DNA of 64,000 bases from Zygnema circumcarinatum SAG 698-1b (Eukaryota; Plantae; Zygnematophyceae): assembly GCA_037447605.1 (NCBI GenBank), contig CM074813.1, forward strand, positions 1,674,001 through 1,738,000, given 5' to 3'. This document shows positions 28,171-47,610 of this stretch, piece after piece. The stretch's first letter is position 1. The number at the start of each line of letters is the position of its first letter. The notes below the pieces were generated by a model. The model did not search any database. It was not told the DNA's origin and was given only the letters and a program-made list of their open reading frames with translations. A program made the translations under genes and the position numbers.

Positions 28171-30139
28171 ATGGTGAAGCTGACGCTGATTGCCCGAGCC
28201 ACGGACGGGCTGCCTCTGGCGGAGGGTCTGGAGAGCGGCGGGGAGCAGCGCGGGCTGGAAACGTACAAGGCGCAGGCGAAGAGCCTCTTCAAGAAGCTCT
28301 CGCAGGGCTTGGGGCCGCACCAAGCCTCGCGCATGTCCGTGGAGACGGGGCCCTTCTTCTTCCAGTATCCCGCGCCTCGGCAACGGGTTCTGGGTTTGGG
28401 AGATTTGGGTTTGTGGGTTTTCGCTTTTTGGGTGTTCGGGTCTTTAGGGGTTTGGGATTTGGGGTGGGAAGGTTTGGGGGCGGTGAAAGAGTCCGAGGGA
28501 TAATGTGGAGAGGAGGTAGAGCGAGAAGCACTTGACAGGATATAAGTGGCCAAGAGAGAGAAAGAGTGAAAGAGTGTGTCCTTAACAGATATATGCAGTT
28601 ACATTATCGAAGGAGGTGTCTGCTATCTAACACTCTGTGATCGAGCGTATCCAAAAAAGCTTGCCTACCAATATCTGGAGGAGCTTCAGCGCGAATTTGA
28701 AAAAATTAATCGAACTGCCATCGACACAGCAGCCCGGCCATACGCGTTTATAAAATTCGGTACAGTGTATACCTTATTTCATACATGCAGACACAGGCAT
28801 TCTCTTTCTACATGACCTAAGTGGATTAGTGGAAAAGTGGATTAGAAGATCTCTGAGCTCTAATCATAGAATTAGGGTTAAGATTGAAAGCCTTGAATCC
28901 ACCTAGTGCATCCTCTTTCTTTGTCCCTTTCTTTAGATCTCCGTTCCTGAAATCCTTTTTCCCTCATGACCAGCTCTTGGTGGAGGGTCTTCTCCTTTCT
29001 TCGCCTTCTCGCTTGCTAATCTATCGTCTCACCCAACCACCATTGCCTCCTGCATCCTTCTCTGCATCTCTGCCTCCCTCTAAGAACCGAAATATAAATG
29101 GTTTGTTTAGTCATTGCCGTTGAACATTTTCTAATCTGCACACCACATGCCTTTGTAGTTTGCACACTCTCACAGAGTGATTCTAACAACATGAATAGAT
29201 CGTTCAGTCGTTTTGTCCTGAACTATTTCTCTATAATCGCGTACTTTTGAGTGCAGATACCTTCATTCAGAAGACGAGAAAGCTGTACCTAGACACCCAC
29301 ACGCAAAGAAATCTGTCAAAGCTGAACGATGATCTTTTGGAAGTTCAACAAATTATGACTCGGAACATTCAGGAAGTGCTTGGCGCTGGGGAGAGGCTCG
29401 ACCGTAAGCATTTCTTGAACCCTACTTCCCAAAGTCACAGGGTTTTGGGGCCTTGGAGGCTTAGAAGATTTTAGCTTCCACGTTCTTCAGTTGTAGGGCT
29501 GTGGTGAGGAGGTTTCTGTTTTGGGAGTTCTTCAGGGTGTTTGGGTTCCGAGGCTTCAGGGCTTCGTAGTTTCATTGATGGTTTTTCCTTTCTAGATATT
29601 TTAGAGGGTTGTAAGGGTTCAGGACTAGCTCTAGGCATTAGTACAGAAGGGCTTTAGGGTCAACAGGGCCTTCAATTTTTGCAGGACCAAAATAAGACAG
29701 GCCTGAAGGGCATATGTTGCCAGTACCGAACCCCATATGTTACTCATCCGTCCCCATCAAAATCTGTTCCTTTTTTTTTTTTTTTTTTTTACATTTCGTT
29801 CGATCGAATCTTGACGTAGTCTTTTATCGATGGTCTTATTTTTGGGCGGTGCAGATTTGACCCAAGCATCGAGTCGCCTTTCCTCAGAATCCAGCGCGTA
29901 TGCAAAACGTGCCAAAGAGCTCAGCCAGCAGGTCTGCAGCCATGGCGCCCTAAAGCCCGCAGTTAGGGTTCAGGGCCTTGAAGGATTGTACATTGTGCAT
30001 TGCATATATTTTTAATTTTTTGTTTCTGAGCTTTTTCCGGTTTTTGGCATGGCAGGCTCTTTTGAGAAAATGGGCTCCTTTGGGCGTCGTCCTTATCATC
30101 GTTCTATTTTTTTGGTATGTTCGACGCTTCTTCTACTGA
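28171..30139 (+). CDS. SEC22: Longin-domain R-SNARE SEC22
   Basis: Exons 28171-28364 (MVKLTLIARATDGLPLAEGL), 28599-28759 (YPKKLAYQYLEEL..ARPYAFIKF), 29257-29403 (TQRNLSKLNDDL..MTRNIQEVL), 29855-29931, 30056-30139 (RKWAP plus TM, TGA). Confidence 0.97.
28365..28598 (+). other. Probable U12-type (minor spliceosome) GT-AG intron
   Basis: 5' site GTATCCCGC; branch site TCCTTAAC at 28579-28586, 12 nt before the AG; no polypyrimidine tract; splicing restores His (CA|T) in FFFHYII. Confidence 0.75.
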
Positions 30140-31443
30140 TTGCCATATTTCTTTTACGACCTTTAGAATATGGGGTGCAAATGGGGTACAATTCCTCTCT
30201 CGCAGTTTTTGAGTTTGGAAGCATTAGTGCATTGCCTCGTAAGTGAATTTACTTGCAATAAATGGAAAAGAGTCGGAGGCGAAAACGGAAAGCAGATTGG
30301 CAGTCGCAGATTGGACTACTGCCGAGGCCGAAATTCAGGCCAATGTAATTCTTTTTTTTTTATGGGTGACTGGATCCACTTAGTGGAATTCTCTGTCCTT
30401 TTGAATTGTTCGAGTTAGGGGCTGATTGTTTACCGTGACATCATCACATCTGGTCATGAAGTTCAGCGTTTTGACTAAAGTGGTGCAATCTCAACAGCAA
30501 CGGAGTTGCAATGTTTGCAATAGTCTTGATATGACGAATGTGCTGTGTCAGACGACATGACAACTGTGACAACCAAGTTGACGCCATGCTTCCTGGGAGG
30601 AACAGCACATGGTACCTATATAATGACATAGTTTTTTGCATCCTTTCCCGCCACTACATATCGATTGCGTTGCCCACCGTTCACTCGACCGTGTTCGCAT
30701 GCAACCGCAGCGACGAAAAAGAGCAGCTGCACATCTGACAGCGCAGATTGGCGATACAAACGGTTCTAACAACAACAGAGCCCTAAACCCTACTTGCAGC
30801 AAACTTCCCACTTCCTCTTAGCCGATGCGCAAAGTACCCCGCTCTGGCGTGCCACATCATCACACTTCTCAAATTCATATCTCGATAGTCCCTTTAATTC
30901 AGACAGAGAGGACGGAGTCTCAACTGGAATGATGTTCCTTGCCGAGAGTCAAGAGCAAATCGTCAAGTCTGACCATTCTCAGTTATGCGCCAGAAAAGCT
31001 CCGGACATAATTACCCTGTCTATGGTTACAAAATGGTAAGGTATACAGCTGCTGAGAAAGGATCTACCTGACCATAAAGGTGCAGTGAGCTCCACTAAGT
31101 TGGCCAGGACCTTGGAATGGAGCCGTTGGCCATACCTAATCGAACGACACAGTACTACGAGAAATTGCAACTGTAACTGTAACTGCACATACAAATACAA
31201 GTGAGAGCAATGGCGGAATCAATGCCAGGACAGAAGCCATGCCTGAACATGACTCAGTTGTCACTGCACTAGACCGCTACAAACAGACGAATGCGGCATG
31301 TACACGACATTTATAAGGCACTGAACTCGCAGGTGAACAGGAGAGAGACTAGAACATGGAACGGAGACCATAACAAGTAGAGCCGAATACGGGAGGAACA
31401 ACGGTAGAACGGAGAACAGAGAAAACAGAACGTGAGAACCCCC

Positions 31444-35492
<4,049 letters not shown>

Positions 35493-35911
35493 GCTATGGT
35501 CCGCCCTGCCAGGCAGCCATGATCAGAGAATTAGGGCTGCAAGCAGCGCCTCCCACTTTTGCAGAAGGCGGCATGATGCGTCCTCTCCAAATTTCGATCC
35601 TCAAGCGGCTCTATGCCCTCAGTTCCCGAAATTCCAAATTTTGAAACGGGATTACATGGAACGTCTTACATGTGACGACGGAGGCAGCGGTTGGTCACTG
35701 GTTTCCATGTGACGCGACACAGTTGAACAACAAGACAAACTGTCACATGGAACCTGCTCGCAGCTGCGTGCTTGAAAATGCGCCCTCGGCCGCCCGTTGA
35801 GAGAGAGAGAGAGCGTGCTGGCGGAAGTAGTTCTCCCTCGCCCTCTCCCTCTCCCTCACCCTCTCCCTCACCCTCTCCCTCGTCCCTCCCGCCTCTCTCC
35901 GCCCTCCCTCC
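35493..35911. promoter_or_regulatory. Bidirectional promoter shared by HAM1 (-) and TMN (+)
   Basis: Divergent start codons about 420 bp apart; contains an inverted pair of CACATGGAA motifs (35701-35753). Confidence 0.7.
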
Positions 35912-38900
35912 ATGGCTTCCCAAGCCCTGCTGATTGCAGGGGTGGGAATGCTGCTGGCGTCAGCCCTAATCGCTGGAGCAAGTTCTTCAGATCACAAGTA
36001 CAAGGTGGACGAGCTCGTGCCGCTCTACGCCAACAAGGTTGGCCCGTATCAGAATCCAAGGTGTGCTCTCTCGCTATCTCTCGTCGCTCTTTCTGTTCCT
36101 CACTTGTCATTTTATCATCGGTTTTCCGTTCTTATCTCCTTTATCTCTCTCCCCTCTGTACCTCCATACTTCCATTATCTCTCTTTATTTCTCCCCCTGC
36201 CATTCTCTTTTTTTTTTCGTTCTCCCTATCACACTTTCAATGCCACTTCCTTTACTCCAGCTGTCTCTTTCACTGTCCCTTCCCCTCCGCCTTGTTCCTC
36301 TATTGCCCTTTTCGTCCTCCATGTTTCCCCCTATATCCCTACCCCAACCCCCCTCTCCCGTTTCCTTCTTCTCGTCCCTTTTGACTCCGCGTCTCCCTAC
36401 GCTTCAGCAGAATTATGTATTTCTCTAGTTTTTCTTAACAACAAGCCTACCATTTCATCAGATCCCTAGGACGTATAGAAATTTCGCATTTTCCTTGGTA
36501 GTCGGTTTTTCGGCTTGCATCGTGACCAGTGCGGTGCTAAAATCTGCAGCTTTTTGAGGAGAGTATCTGCAATTTCTCCAATGTCTGAACTAACTTTTTG
36601 CTAACTTGTTTATCTGCAGCGAGACATACCAGTATTATGATCTGCCCTTCTGCAAACCAGGTACATTTCGTGCAAGTCGTTGCTTTTCTGCCTTGTTCTG
36701 CCAGTCTGTGCTTTAATCTGTGTCAAATCTGGCGTGAAGCTGATAGCTTACCCCTTGACGTTTCAAATACTTCTTTGCAGAGAAAGTTTTGGAGAAGTCA
36801 GAGGATTTGGGTGAAGTATTGAATGGTGACAGAATGGTTCATGGTCCGTATGACCTCAGTTTCCGCAAAAATAAGGAGAAGGAAACGTTGTGCACAAAAA
36901 CCCTGACAGTGAAAGACGTTCAAGTGTTTCGGGAGGCTGTGAAGAAAGAGTACTACTTCCAAATGTTCTACGACGAGCTGCCCATTTGGGGTTTTATTGG
37001 AGACAGCGTGAAGAAGCCGAAACCGGCTCGATATTTCCTGTTCACCCACGTCCACTTTGACATAAAATACAATAACGAATTTGTGATTGAAATCAATGTC
37101 GCCACCGATGGGTCCACCAAAGTCGACATTACGGAGGACAAGGAAGTGACAGTGGTGTTCACGTACAGCGCAAAGTGGGAGGAGACTAAGAAGAATTTTG
37201 AACAGAGAAGGGAGAAATATTCGCGATACTCATCACTACCCCAGCATTTGGAGATTCACTGGTTTTCTATCATTAACTCGTTCGTTACAGTTTTGCTGCT
37301 GACGGGATTTTTGGCAACAATTCTGATGCGGGTCCTCAAGAACGACTTCATTAAGTAAGTGGAAGTACGGAACTCAGAACAATGAAAATTGAGAATGGGG
37401 TTAAAGAAACTCAGGGTTTTGCGGTTATAATTTGCCATTGGGGGGTGTGGGAACTTTGCAAAGTATTCGAATCATGCTTTCCTTACTGAGATTGTTCAAA
37501 ATGCTTTTTTTACTTGGATTCGTTAACGGTTGGTGCTATAACAGGTAGGACGAATAGAACCTTCCCTGTTTTTCTGCATGGAAATTCGGGCTGTTAAGAG
37601 GCCTGCTGTTCGAAGTGAATGGGGATGTTTGCATTTGATAATATTTTCTGTCTGAACTACTGATCTCATTTTGGGTTGTAAGTGTAGTCTCTCTCGTCGC
37701 CTGAAATGCATGTTCTAACAGTTTTAGAAGACCTTTGCCTTGCTGGGGAGTTAAACAGGACTCGGTCCCACTCTGAATCCTCATCTCCTTTGCCTGCAGA
37801 TATTCCCGAGATGAGGAGAATGCAGACGACCAGGAGGAGACCGGCTGGAAGTATATCCATGGAGATGTTTTCCGTTTTCCAAAATACAAAAGCTTGTTCT
37901 GTGCCATTTTGGGAAGTGGAACACAGCTTCTCTTCTTGTACGGAACCTCCACCTCCACCATAAAATATAAGGGGTGAATGGTTGGAAAAAGTATCACTCT
38001 AATCGGTTCGTGATGATGGATGTGGATATTAGTGAGGAGTAAACAGTGAAGCGTTTCTATCCGAAATTAGCTGTGAACTGTAATGTGCAGAGTTGACGTT
38101 TCTTGGGGGTTCAGTGGGGGGGTAGGGTTTAGGGTGGGGGGAGGGTGCTGGTGGGAGAGGGGGAAGGTGTGATGAGTGAAATAAGGAAGAGGGAGGGATG
38201 TGCCAAAGGTCCGAGGGGAAGGACAGCGAAGGAGAGAAGAGAGGAGAGGCGGATTGAACGAGGAGAGAGGGGAGAGGGGAGTTGGAGGAAGTGGAAGAAC
38301 GAGTGACGAGAAATTCAGTTGTGTGTGAGAGGGAGGATGGGGGGGAAGAGGGGGATGGGGAGGTGGGGAGCGAGAGAAGCAAAGGAAATGGGGGAAAGGA
38401 GAGAAAGTGGTGAGATCAGCGGAGGGGGCAGATGGAGTCGTAGGTGGAGGAGGAAGCTTGATTTGATGGCGATGGGAAGAGGGAAGAGAGGGAGTATAAG
38501 TATTGGGCCTGAAAAGGGAGAGAGGAGTATGATCGAGATGGAGAAGCGAAAAGCATGGGTGGGGAGGAGAAGGAAGTTGAAAATGGAGAGCGGTTGAAGG
38601 ATCAAGAGAGAAAGGGAAATTAGGTTTAGGCTTACTTCAGGGCCTTTTTTTTTTCCTCCCTTCGTAACTCGCTCCCTCCCTCGTCTCCCTCCCTGCAGGG
38701 TTGTGTTCATCTTCATGCTGGCTCTTGTTGGAGTGTTCTATCCGTACAAGGGAGGGGAGATGTGGACAGCTCTCGTCACTATTTATGCTCTCACATCGGG
38801 AATTGCTGGGTATACGGCTGCATCATTTTATAAGCAAATGGAGGGAACAAACTGGGTATATATCTCTCTCTCCTCTTTCTCTCTTATTCACATTTCCCTC

Positions 38901-40258
38901 ATGTGCGCGCTGTTTCTCACTCTCTTTTGCTGGCCTCTCTCTTTTTCCTTTGTCTATTCTCCACACAGGATTCAACCTGAAATTTTCATCATTTTTCCTT
39001 GTGCAGGTCCGAAATGTTCTCCTCACGGGCGGCCTCTTTTGCGGCCCCCTCTTTGCAATGTTCGCATTTCTTACTGGGGTGGCGATTGCATACAAGTCCA
39101 CGAAGGCCCCTCCTTTTACCACAATCTGCATCATCATTCTTATTTGGGCCCTCATTACATTTCCTCTTCTTGTCCTCGGTGGCATCGCTGGAAAGAAATC
39201 TAAAGCAGAATTTCAGGCTCCCTGCCGTACCACCAAATACCCTCGAGAGATTCCTTCGCTTCCGTGGTATCGTTCCACATTTCCGCAAATGTGTATGGCC
39301 GGATTTTTGCCATTTAGTGCCATTTATATCGAGCTTTACTACATTTTTGCGAGTGTGTGGGGCCATAAGGATTACACCATCTACAGTATTCTCTTCATCG
39401 TTTTTGTGATTCTTGTTATCGTGACTGCTTTCATCACGGTCGCGCTCACATACTTCCAGCTGGCGGTGGAAGATCATGAGTGGTGGTGGAGGTGAGCTCT
39501 CTCCCTTCATCTCTCCCAATCAAAACCCTCACCACTTCGTCTCTTCCATCCTCAACATCTCCTTTTCATTTTTCACCTTTATCCTTGTCTTTCCTTCTTG
39601 CACTCCTCGCTTCACTCTCCTCTGGTCCAAGCTCTCGCCATGTTCCTTTTTCTCTCCTTTCTCTCAACCCCCCTCCCCCTCCCTTCATCCCCATCTCTTC
39701 TCTCCTCCCCCTTCCCTCCGCCACATTCCCTTTTCCCTCCCCCTACCCTTCCCCTCGCTCTCCATTGTCCTCCTCTCTTCCAGCCTCCCCTTTTGCTCTC
39801 CTCGTACTCCCTTCTCCATCTCGCTTCTATGCTCCCTCGTTCCCCTCTCCCTTTCCTCCCCTCTCCCTTCTCTCCCCTACTGCCCCCTCCCCCTCCCCCC
39901 TTTCCTTCCTCTCGCCCTTGCCCTTGCCCTCCCCTTTCCCTTCCCCCTCTACTTTTGCTTCATCGCCTTCTCACTCCCAATTTCTCCTGCCTCCTCCCCC
40001 TTATTCCACTCCCTTCTTTCCCTCCCCTTGCCTCGCAGGTCGGTGCTATGCGGGGGCTCCACCGGTCTGTTTGTGTTCGTGTACTGCTTTTATTACTACT
40101 ACGCGCGCTCGGACATGGGCGGCTTCATGCAGACGGCCTTCTTCTTTGGTTTCATGTCCTGCGTCTGCTTCGGCTTCTTCCTTATGCTCGGGGCCGTCGG
40201 CTTCCGGGCAGCGCTCATGTTCGTGCGTCACATTTACCGCTCCATCAAGTGCGACTGA
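35912..40258 (+). CDS. TMN7: Transmembrane 9 superfamily (TM9SF/EMP70, TMN6/7-like) protein
   Basis: Signal peptide, [96 protein letters not shown], ending HIYRSIKCD* (KxD/E motif). Seven exons. Confidence 0.95.
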
Positions 40259-41850
40259 AGAAGGCAGGTGCTGCTCTAATGCTTTAGGGTTCCCGGTTGT
40301 TTTGGGAACGGGGGTGGTAGGGGGGGGGGGGGGGGCGGCGGTGGGGAGGGAGACATGAATGGAGTGGTCTGCCATAGAGAGTGGTGTTATTTGGAGGTGG
40401 GTCGAAGGTGAGTTTTGGATTTTGAGGGATGAGGTGAGATTGGCGGTATATTGACAGGTAAGGGAAGGGGCTGGGAGGGTGAGAGAGGGAGGGAGGGACG
40501 GATTATGGACGGGGGGGATAGAGGGAGATATGGTGATACAGAAGGTGGAAGGATGGGAAGCGGTAGAGAGGGGGGGGGAAGGGATGGAGAGTGAGAACGT
40601 GGGAGGAGGGAAGTTGGGGACTGAAGGTGATGTGGCCTCTACTAACCTCCATCTCTCTCTTTTTTTTTTTTCTCTCTCTCTCTCTCCCTCCCTCCCTCTC
40701 TCTTTCTCTCTCTTCTCTCTCCCCCCCCACTCTCTCTCTCTCTCCTATCTCTCTGTGTGTCTTTCTCATATGTGCAGCTGAAAATTGGATAATGCCAGGG
40801 TGGAGGTCTTGAACTATTTTTACTAGGGCAGTAGTAGATCAGTAGTCTCTATGCAACTAAGCTTTCCTTTTCTGATTACAATATTTTTCCAGTTGAAAGC
40901 GTTCTATTTTGTCGTAGGCTGTGCTCTGTGGAAGGAAGCAGGGGAGGTGCCTGAGCGGCAGAAGTCCTCTCCTCTGTTTGAATGATGTTCAGAAAAAAGC
41001 CAGTGCGGACAAATGCAATTAGTGCGGGCAGGGCCTGAAATTTTCCATAGCTTGCGCCTCAGAAGTGTGCCGGTGTTCGCAGTGTGAGCAGGATTCACGT
41101 GTGAAGGAATGAAAAAAAGAAAAACGATTCTCTCATCCATGGTGTGATGGGAGTCTTCGTTCCACCCATTTCCATTCAGCCATTACGTGAGCTGTCACAT
41201 GTGAAATGCCATCGCCTTGTGGAACTGCTGCTTCGCATAGGAGTCAATTCTCAGGAGTATTCCCAAAGAACGGCTGGATATCATGCTTTGTCCGTTTCCT
41301 GACGTGTTCCTGAAAAGATGGCCCCCCTCGCCTATTGCGATGTACCAGCATTGCCCGAAATGTTTTTCTTCCTATTTGTTCACTAAAACGCTCGCGAGCA
41401 AGACATGGTACCTTCCTGTAGAGTGGCTTTGTGTGAAGAATGTTCGATGTGCGCGTTGTGCAACAGAAAATCACAAATCTCCGTCACACCTAAGCACACA
41501 GTACGACAGCCTCTGACAGAGGTTCCCAACTGGACAGAACCCAATTCCTCTTCAAAGGTCGAGATTTTTTTCTATCCCTTTGCAAGATGACAACATGGAA
41601 ACACTGGAATCTATGTCAACGGCGCAGATTCATATCTACCCATTTCAATGTGCTAGTAACGGAACCATTCCGCTTCCTAAACAGCTACATGTGCACCGTT
41701 AAGAATCGAACAGAACTGCTTATTGCCACGTCACATCACACTGTGATCGCCGTATTACAGATGGCAGAGTGCGCTAGAGTCGTCTCCTTTATCGAATACA
41801 CTACTTCCACCCCCCTCCTCTCTCCGCGGGCTATTCTATAAAATGGGTTA

Positions 41851-46862
<5,012 letters not shown>

Positions 46863-47610
46863 GGCTCCTGCTGCGCCGCGTCCCTCCCTCCCTTCTCCTT
46901 CTCTCCCGCTCCCTCTCTCTCCCTCTCTCCCTGTCTCCCTCTCCCTCTCCCTCTCCCCCTCCCTCCCTCTCCCTCCGCCGCCTCGTGTCACAGAACAGAA
47001 CTGTACGGAGTGCGTTTGGCAGATTTGGCGCATTTTGGGGACAACGGAAACCGGGCACCACGTGGCGCCAAATATCGGCTCCTGCGCCGCAGTCTGCCAC
47101 GTGGCGCCGCCCGGCTGGCGCGCGCTCGGCCCGCCGCGTTTACGGGCAGAGTAGGAACTTTCATTTAGGCAGACCGGATACTTTGTCAGGGCGAAATAAC
47201 GTATCTTGGTCAGAAAAAATAAACAAGCACGAAAAAGTTTCGAGCTGGTGACGCGTGGAGCCTCGTTAGCGGTTGACCGAGAGAGCCCGTGCCGAGCATT
47301 GAACGAGAACCTTTTTTTTTGGGGACAAAAAGAGATATTTTCACCGACATCAAAACATTTTCTCAAAAACGGGATGAGCCTTTCGCCAACGAAAATGTTT
47401 ACGCTAGATTTCTTGAAACTGGCTCATGGAACTTGTAAAAAGAGAATTCACGCAACTGGAAACTGCGCATGGAGCAGCGAGTGCGTTCGGACGGAGGCCA
47501 CATGGAACGGCGGCCCGCGCGTGGCTCCGCCTCTGGAAGGCGGCTGCGCGGCGGTGGGAGGGAAAGGGAGGGGGAGAGAAAGAGGGAGAAGGAGAGGAAG
47601 AGGGGCCGCC
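46863..47610. promoter_or_regulatory. Bidirectional promoter PDHB (-) / pescadillo (+) with twin G-boxes
   Basis: Divergent ATGs about 750 bp apart; CCACGTGGCGCC at 47058 and again at 47097. Confidence 0.65.

Noticed and set aside
30925-30976. ATGATG...CTGA with a 3-bp closing stem
   Set aside because: About 50 nt is too short for a C/D snoRNA, the C box is imperfect, and no guide is evident.
41283-41516. 77-aa ORF with two CxxC pairs between TMN and PDHB
   Set aside because: It starts at a non-ATG codon, lies in the 3' region of convergent genes, and the spacing matches no zinc-finger family I recognise.
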